Assembly (NCBI RefSeq): GCF_965641715.1
Contig: NZ_OZ282458.1
Direction: 5' to 3' (one strand)
Length of the DNA: 7,176 bases
DNA from: Escherichia coli
GTDB lineage: Bacteria; Pseudomonadota; Gammaproteobacteria; Enterobacterales; Enterobacteriaceae
Of this stretch, positions 4,669-7,176 are shown one piece after another. A program made the translations under genes and the position numbers. Below the pieces are notes generated by a model. The model searched no databases, was not told where the DNA came from, and was given only the letters and a program-made list of their open reading frames with translations. Every line of letters starts with the position of its first letter. The stretch's first letter is position 1.

Positions 4669-5826
4669 ATGAGAATAATTGATCTTTTTAGTGGGTGTGG
4701 GGGGTTATCCCTAGGCTTTTTGAAGGGGGGGTTTGATGTTGTAGGTGCTTATGATTTCTGGGATCCTGCTATTGAATGTTACAGAGATAATTTTAGCCAT
4801 CCGATAAAAAAACTAGATTTGAGCAATGTTGATGATGTGGTGAGGGAGCTTAAAGATATAGACTTCGATATGATTATTGGAGGGCCTCCTTGCCAAGACT
4901 TCAGTCATGCAGGTTTAAGAATTGAAGGTGCTAGAGCTAACTTAACTCGCTCATTTTCAGAAATTATAAAAAGAATAAAGCCAAAGTGGTTTGTGATGGA
5001 AAATGTAGATCGGGCATTAAGAAGTGGTGCCTATTTAGAAGCTCGAGGAATCTTTAAAGAATCAGGGTATGGGTTAACAGAAATTGTTTTGGATGCCAGT
5101 AAGTGTGGTGTTCCGCAAAAAAGAAAAAGATTATTTGTAATTGGAAAGCTTGACGTGAGGGATGGTTTTATCCTTAACGAAGTGATGTGCGGGATATCGA
5201 AAGATAGTATGACAGTTAGAAATTATCTTGGTGATTCATTGGGGATTGAGTATTATTACAGACATCCGAGAAATTATAACAGAAGGGCTATTTTCTCTAT
5301 TGATGAACCTGCGCCAACAGTAAGAGGGGTTAATAGACCGATACCTGATGGATATTTAGGGCATGCAGGCGATCCTGTCAGTATTTCTGAGAATGTAAGG
5401 CCATTAACAACCTTTGAAAGAGCAAGATTGCAAACATTTCCTGAAGACTTTAAATTTAAAGGTGCAAAAACAAATTTGGAGCAAATGATAGGTAATGCTG
5501 TTCCGGTTGAGTTAGCAAAATATGTTGCGGTGACAATCATGGAGTATGAAAAAAAACAAGTAAAAGGTATTTATGATAAAGAAGGCTTTAGGGCGTGGTT
5601 GCTGAATGAAAAGAAACTAACAAAAAGAACCTCTAGCGATATTATATCTAGATGTTGCAGAGGTGTTTCATTTTTTGATTCAGAGGGGGTGGATTTTTAT
5701 AACTGTGAAATAGATGAAATTATTATGAAACTGGAAAGGCTTGAATCGTTTGTCAGGCTTGGGGTTAGCCTGAAGTCTCAGTTAAGAAGGGCTTTTAAAT
5801 TATATTACGAATATTGTCGAAGGTAA
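4669..5826 (+). CDS. DNA (cytosine-5)-methyltransferase with a C-terminal extension of about 95 aa
   Basis: All canonical C5-MTase motifs in order: motif I FSGCGG (aa 7-12), motif IV GGPPCQDFS (catalytic Cys75), motif VI ENV (aa 111-113), motif VIII QKRKR (aa 150-154), short target-recognition region, motif IX RPLTTFERARLQTFPEDF, motif X GNAVPVELAKYVA. About 95 further residues follow motif X. Confidence 0.92.
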   Translation: MRIIDLFSGCGGLSLGFLKGGFDVVGAYDFWDPAIECYRDNFSHPIKKLDLSNVDDVVRELKDIDFDMIIGGPPCQDFSHAGLRIEGARANLTRSFSEIIKRIKPKWFVMENVDRALRSGAYLEARGIFKESGYGLTEIVLDASKCGVPQKRKRLFVIGKLDVRDGFILNEVMCGISKDSMTVRNYLGDSLGIEYYYRHPRNYNRRAIFSIDEPAPTVRGVNRPIPDGYLGHAGDPVSISENVRPLTTFERARLQTFPEDFKFKGAKTNLEQMIGNAVPVELAKYVAVTIMEYEKKQVKGIYDKEGFRAWLLNEKKLTKRTSSDIISRCCRGVSFFDSEGVDFYNCEIDEIIMKLERLESFVRLGVSLKSQLRRAFKLYYEYCRR

Positions 5827-5886
5827 TAAATACGAATTTATGTCTCTCAGGGGAGGGGGAGGGGATAAAAAGATCAAAGGATCCTC

Positions 5887-5915
5887 TTGTGATCCTTTTT
5901 TTCTGCGCGTAATCT
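5887..5915 (+). promoter_or_regulatory. RNAII (primer) promoter: -35 TTGTGA (5887-5892), 17-bp spacer, -10 TAATCT (5910-5915)
   Basis: Collinear with the pMB1/ColE1 RNAII promoter (cttcTTGAGAtcc...cgTAATCTgctgcttGcaaac). Predicted start at G5923. Confidence 0.7.
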
Positions 5916-5922
5916 GCTGCCT

Positions 5923-6470
5923 GTAAACAAAAAAACCACCGCTACCAACGGTGGTTTGTTTGCCGGAATCTAGAGCTACCAACTCTTTCTTCCGAAGGTA
6001 ACTGGCTTGGTGGAGCACAGATACCAAATACTGTCCTTCTAGTGTAGCCGCAGTTAGGCCACCACTTCAAGAACTCTTAATATCTCAATCCACCTTGTCC
6101 AGTTACCAGTGGCTGCTGCCAGTGGCGCTTTGTCGTGTCTTACCGGGTTGGACTCAAGACGATAGTTACCGGATAAGGCGCAGCGGTCGGGCTGAACGGG
6201 GGGTTCGTGCACACAGCCCAGCTTGGAGCGAACGACCTACACCGAACTGAGATACCAACAGCGTGAGCTATGAGAAAGCGCCACGCTTCCCGAAGGGAGA
6301 AAGGCGGACAGGTATCCGGTAAGCGGCAGGGTCGGAACAGGAGAGCGCACGAGGGAGCTTCCAGGGGGAAACGCCTGGTATCTTTAAGTCCTGTCGGGTT
6401 TCGCCACCTCTGACTTGAGCGTCGATTTTTGTGATGCTCGTCAGGGGGGCGGAGCCTATGGAAAAACGCC
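5923..6470 (+). ncRNA. RNAII replication primer precursor of the ColE1-type replicon (3' end approximate)
   Basis: Long near-identity to the pMB1/pUC ori sequence (GTAAACAAAAAAACCACCGCTACC...GGGGAAACGCCTGGTATCTTTA...GGAGCCTATGGAAAAACGCCAGC) with clustered substitutions in the 5' stem-loops. Confidence 0.8.
5925..6034 (-). ncRNA. RNAI antisense copy-number control RNA (about 108 nt)
   Basis: Reverse complement begins ACAGTATTTGGTATCTGTGCTCCACCAAGCCAGTTACC... and ends at the GCGGTGGTTTTTTTGTTTAC terminator, as in pMB1 RNAI. Promoter on the minus strand: -35 TTGAAG and -10 TACACT within 6035-6070. Confidence 0.8.
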
Positions 6471-6480
6471 AGCGGCGTGG
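6440..6480 (+). other. Approximate replication origin (RNAII-to-DNA transition) of the ColE1-type replicon
   Basis: Position inferred by collinearity with the pBR322 origin relative to rop and the conserved ggagcctatggaaaaacgccagc block. Exact nucleotide not determinable here. Confidence 0.5.
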
Positions 6481-6639
6481 CCTTCTCTGGGTTCTTGTTT
6501 TTTGCTCACATGTTTCTTTTGGTGTTATCCCCTGATTCTGTGGATAACCGCATTACCGTCTTTGAGTGAGCTGATACCGCTCGCCGCAGCCGAACGACCG
6601 AGCGTAGCGAGTCAGTGAGCGAGGAAGCGGAAGAGCGTC

Positions 6640-6790
6640 GGAAGTTGCATTTTCTCCTTACACATCTGTGCGGCATTTCACACCCGGCATGGCGCACTTT
6701 TCATACAATCTGCACTGATGCCGCATGGTTAAGCCAGTATACACTCCGCTATCGCTACGTGACTGGGTCAGGGCTTCGCCCCGACACCCG
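6640..6790 (-). promoter_or_regulatory. oriT/bom region of the ColE1-type mob system; predicted nic between minus-strand G6734 and C6733
   Basis: Between origin and rop, as in pBR322 bom. Minus strand reads gtgtatACTGG|CTTAAccatgcgg, matching the ColE1 nic context as I recall it (CTGG/CTTA). Both the boundaries and the nick position are from memory. Confidence 0.5.
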
Positions 6791-6882
6791 CAAGGTCAAC
6801 GGCCTGACGCGCCCTGACGGGCTTGTCTGCTCCCGGCATCCGCTCACAGACAAGCTGTGACCGTCTCCGGGAGCTGTATGTG

Positions 6883-7074
6883 TCAGAGGTTTTCACCGTC
6901 ATCCCCGAAGCGTGCGAGGCAGCTGCGGTAAAGCTCATCGGCGTGGTCGTGAAGCGATTCACAGATGTCTGCCTGTTCATCCGCGTCCAGTTCGTTGAGC
7001 TTTTCCAGCAGCGTTAATGTCTGGCTTCTGATAAAGCGCGCCATGTTAAGGGCTGTTTTTTCCTGTTTAGTCAC
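6883..7074 (-). CDS. rop: Rop/Rom (RNA one modulator), 63 aa, GTG start
   Basis: Translation VTKQEKTALNMARFIRSQTLTLLEKLNELDADEQADICESLHDHADELYRSCLARFGDDGENL is identical to pBR322 Rop as I recall it. GTG at 7074 preceded by GGAGG with 5-nt spacing. The track's extension to 7170 is the usual upstream open frame, not the gene. Confidence 0.95.
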   Translation of the reverse strand: MTKQEKTALNMARFIRSQTLTLLEKLNELDADEQADICESLHDHADELYRSCLARFGDDGENL

Positions 7075-7176
7075 TGATGCCTCCGTGTAAGGGGGATTTC
7101 TGTTCATGGGGTAATGATACCGATGAAACGCGAGAGGATGCTCACGATACGGGTTACTGATGATGAACATGCACGG

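Noticed and set aside
5274-5540. 88-aa minus-strand ORF inside the methyltransferase gene
   Set aside because: Antisense to an unambiguous C5-methyltransferase with all motifs intact.
5850-5864. G-quadruplex in GGGGAGGGGGAGGGG
   Set aside because: Only three G-runs are present; a canonical intramolecular quadruplex needs four.
5800-7017. Six track ORFs across the replicon and oriT (5800-6027, 6415-6618, 6506-6697, 6615-6860, 6768-6980, 6823-7017)
   Set aside because: They fall on RNAI/RNAII, the origin, bom or antisense to rop. This region is known non-coding in ColE1/pMB1 apart from rop.
7075-7170. Upstream extension of the rop ORF to the ATG at 7170 (95-aa version)
   Set aside because: Rop is known to start at the GTG (7074 here), which has a GGAGG ribosome-binding site. 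The upstream open frame is the same read-through seen in pBR322.
1-7176. CRISPR arrays, tRNA or rRNA genes, integron attC sites
   Set aside because: No regularly spaced direct repeats, no tRNA-like cloverleaf candidates and no rRNA-like conserved blocks were seen on either strand.

Overview
This window reads as a nearly complete ColE1/pMB1-family mobilizable plasmid. The backbone is recognisable from memory of ColE1/pBR322: mbeC (5' end cut by the window), mbeA relaxase with mbeB nested in another frame, mbeD, a cer-like XerCD resolution site, the RNAII/RNAI replicon, oriT/bom and rop. Where ColE1 carries its colicin operon there is instead an AT-rich cargo of about 3.5 kb (2333-5826). The cargo holds three things: (1) a divergent Type II restriction-modification pair, a 353-aa putative PD-(D/E)xK endonuclease on the minus strand and a 385-aa C5-cytosine methyltransferase on the plus strand with all canonical motifs plus an unusual C-terminal tail of about 95 aa, separated by an 87-bp region carrying tandem TTGACGTCAA palindromes; (2) a translationally coupled two-gene operon (127 aa then 68 aa, 8-bp overlap) that I cannot assign to any family; (3) between them, a 209-bp miniature element bounded by 38-bp Tn3-family terminal inverted repeats and a perfect 5-bp ATGTT target-site duplication. 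The best candidate for an undescribed system is the unassigned two-gene operon sitting in tandem downstream of the restriction gene. No searches or computations were run; all family assignments rest on motifs visible in the translations and on recalled sequences, so exact boundaries of RNA features and oriT are approximate.
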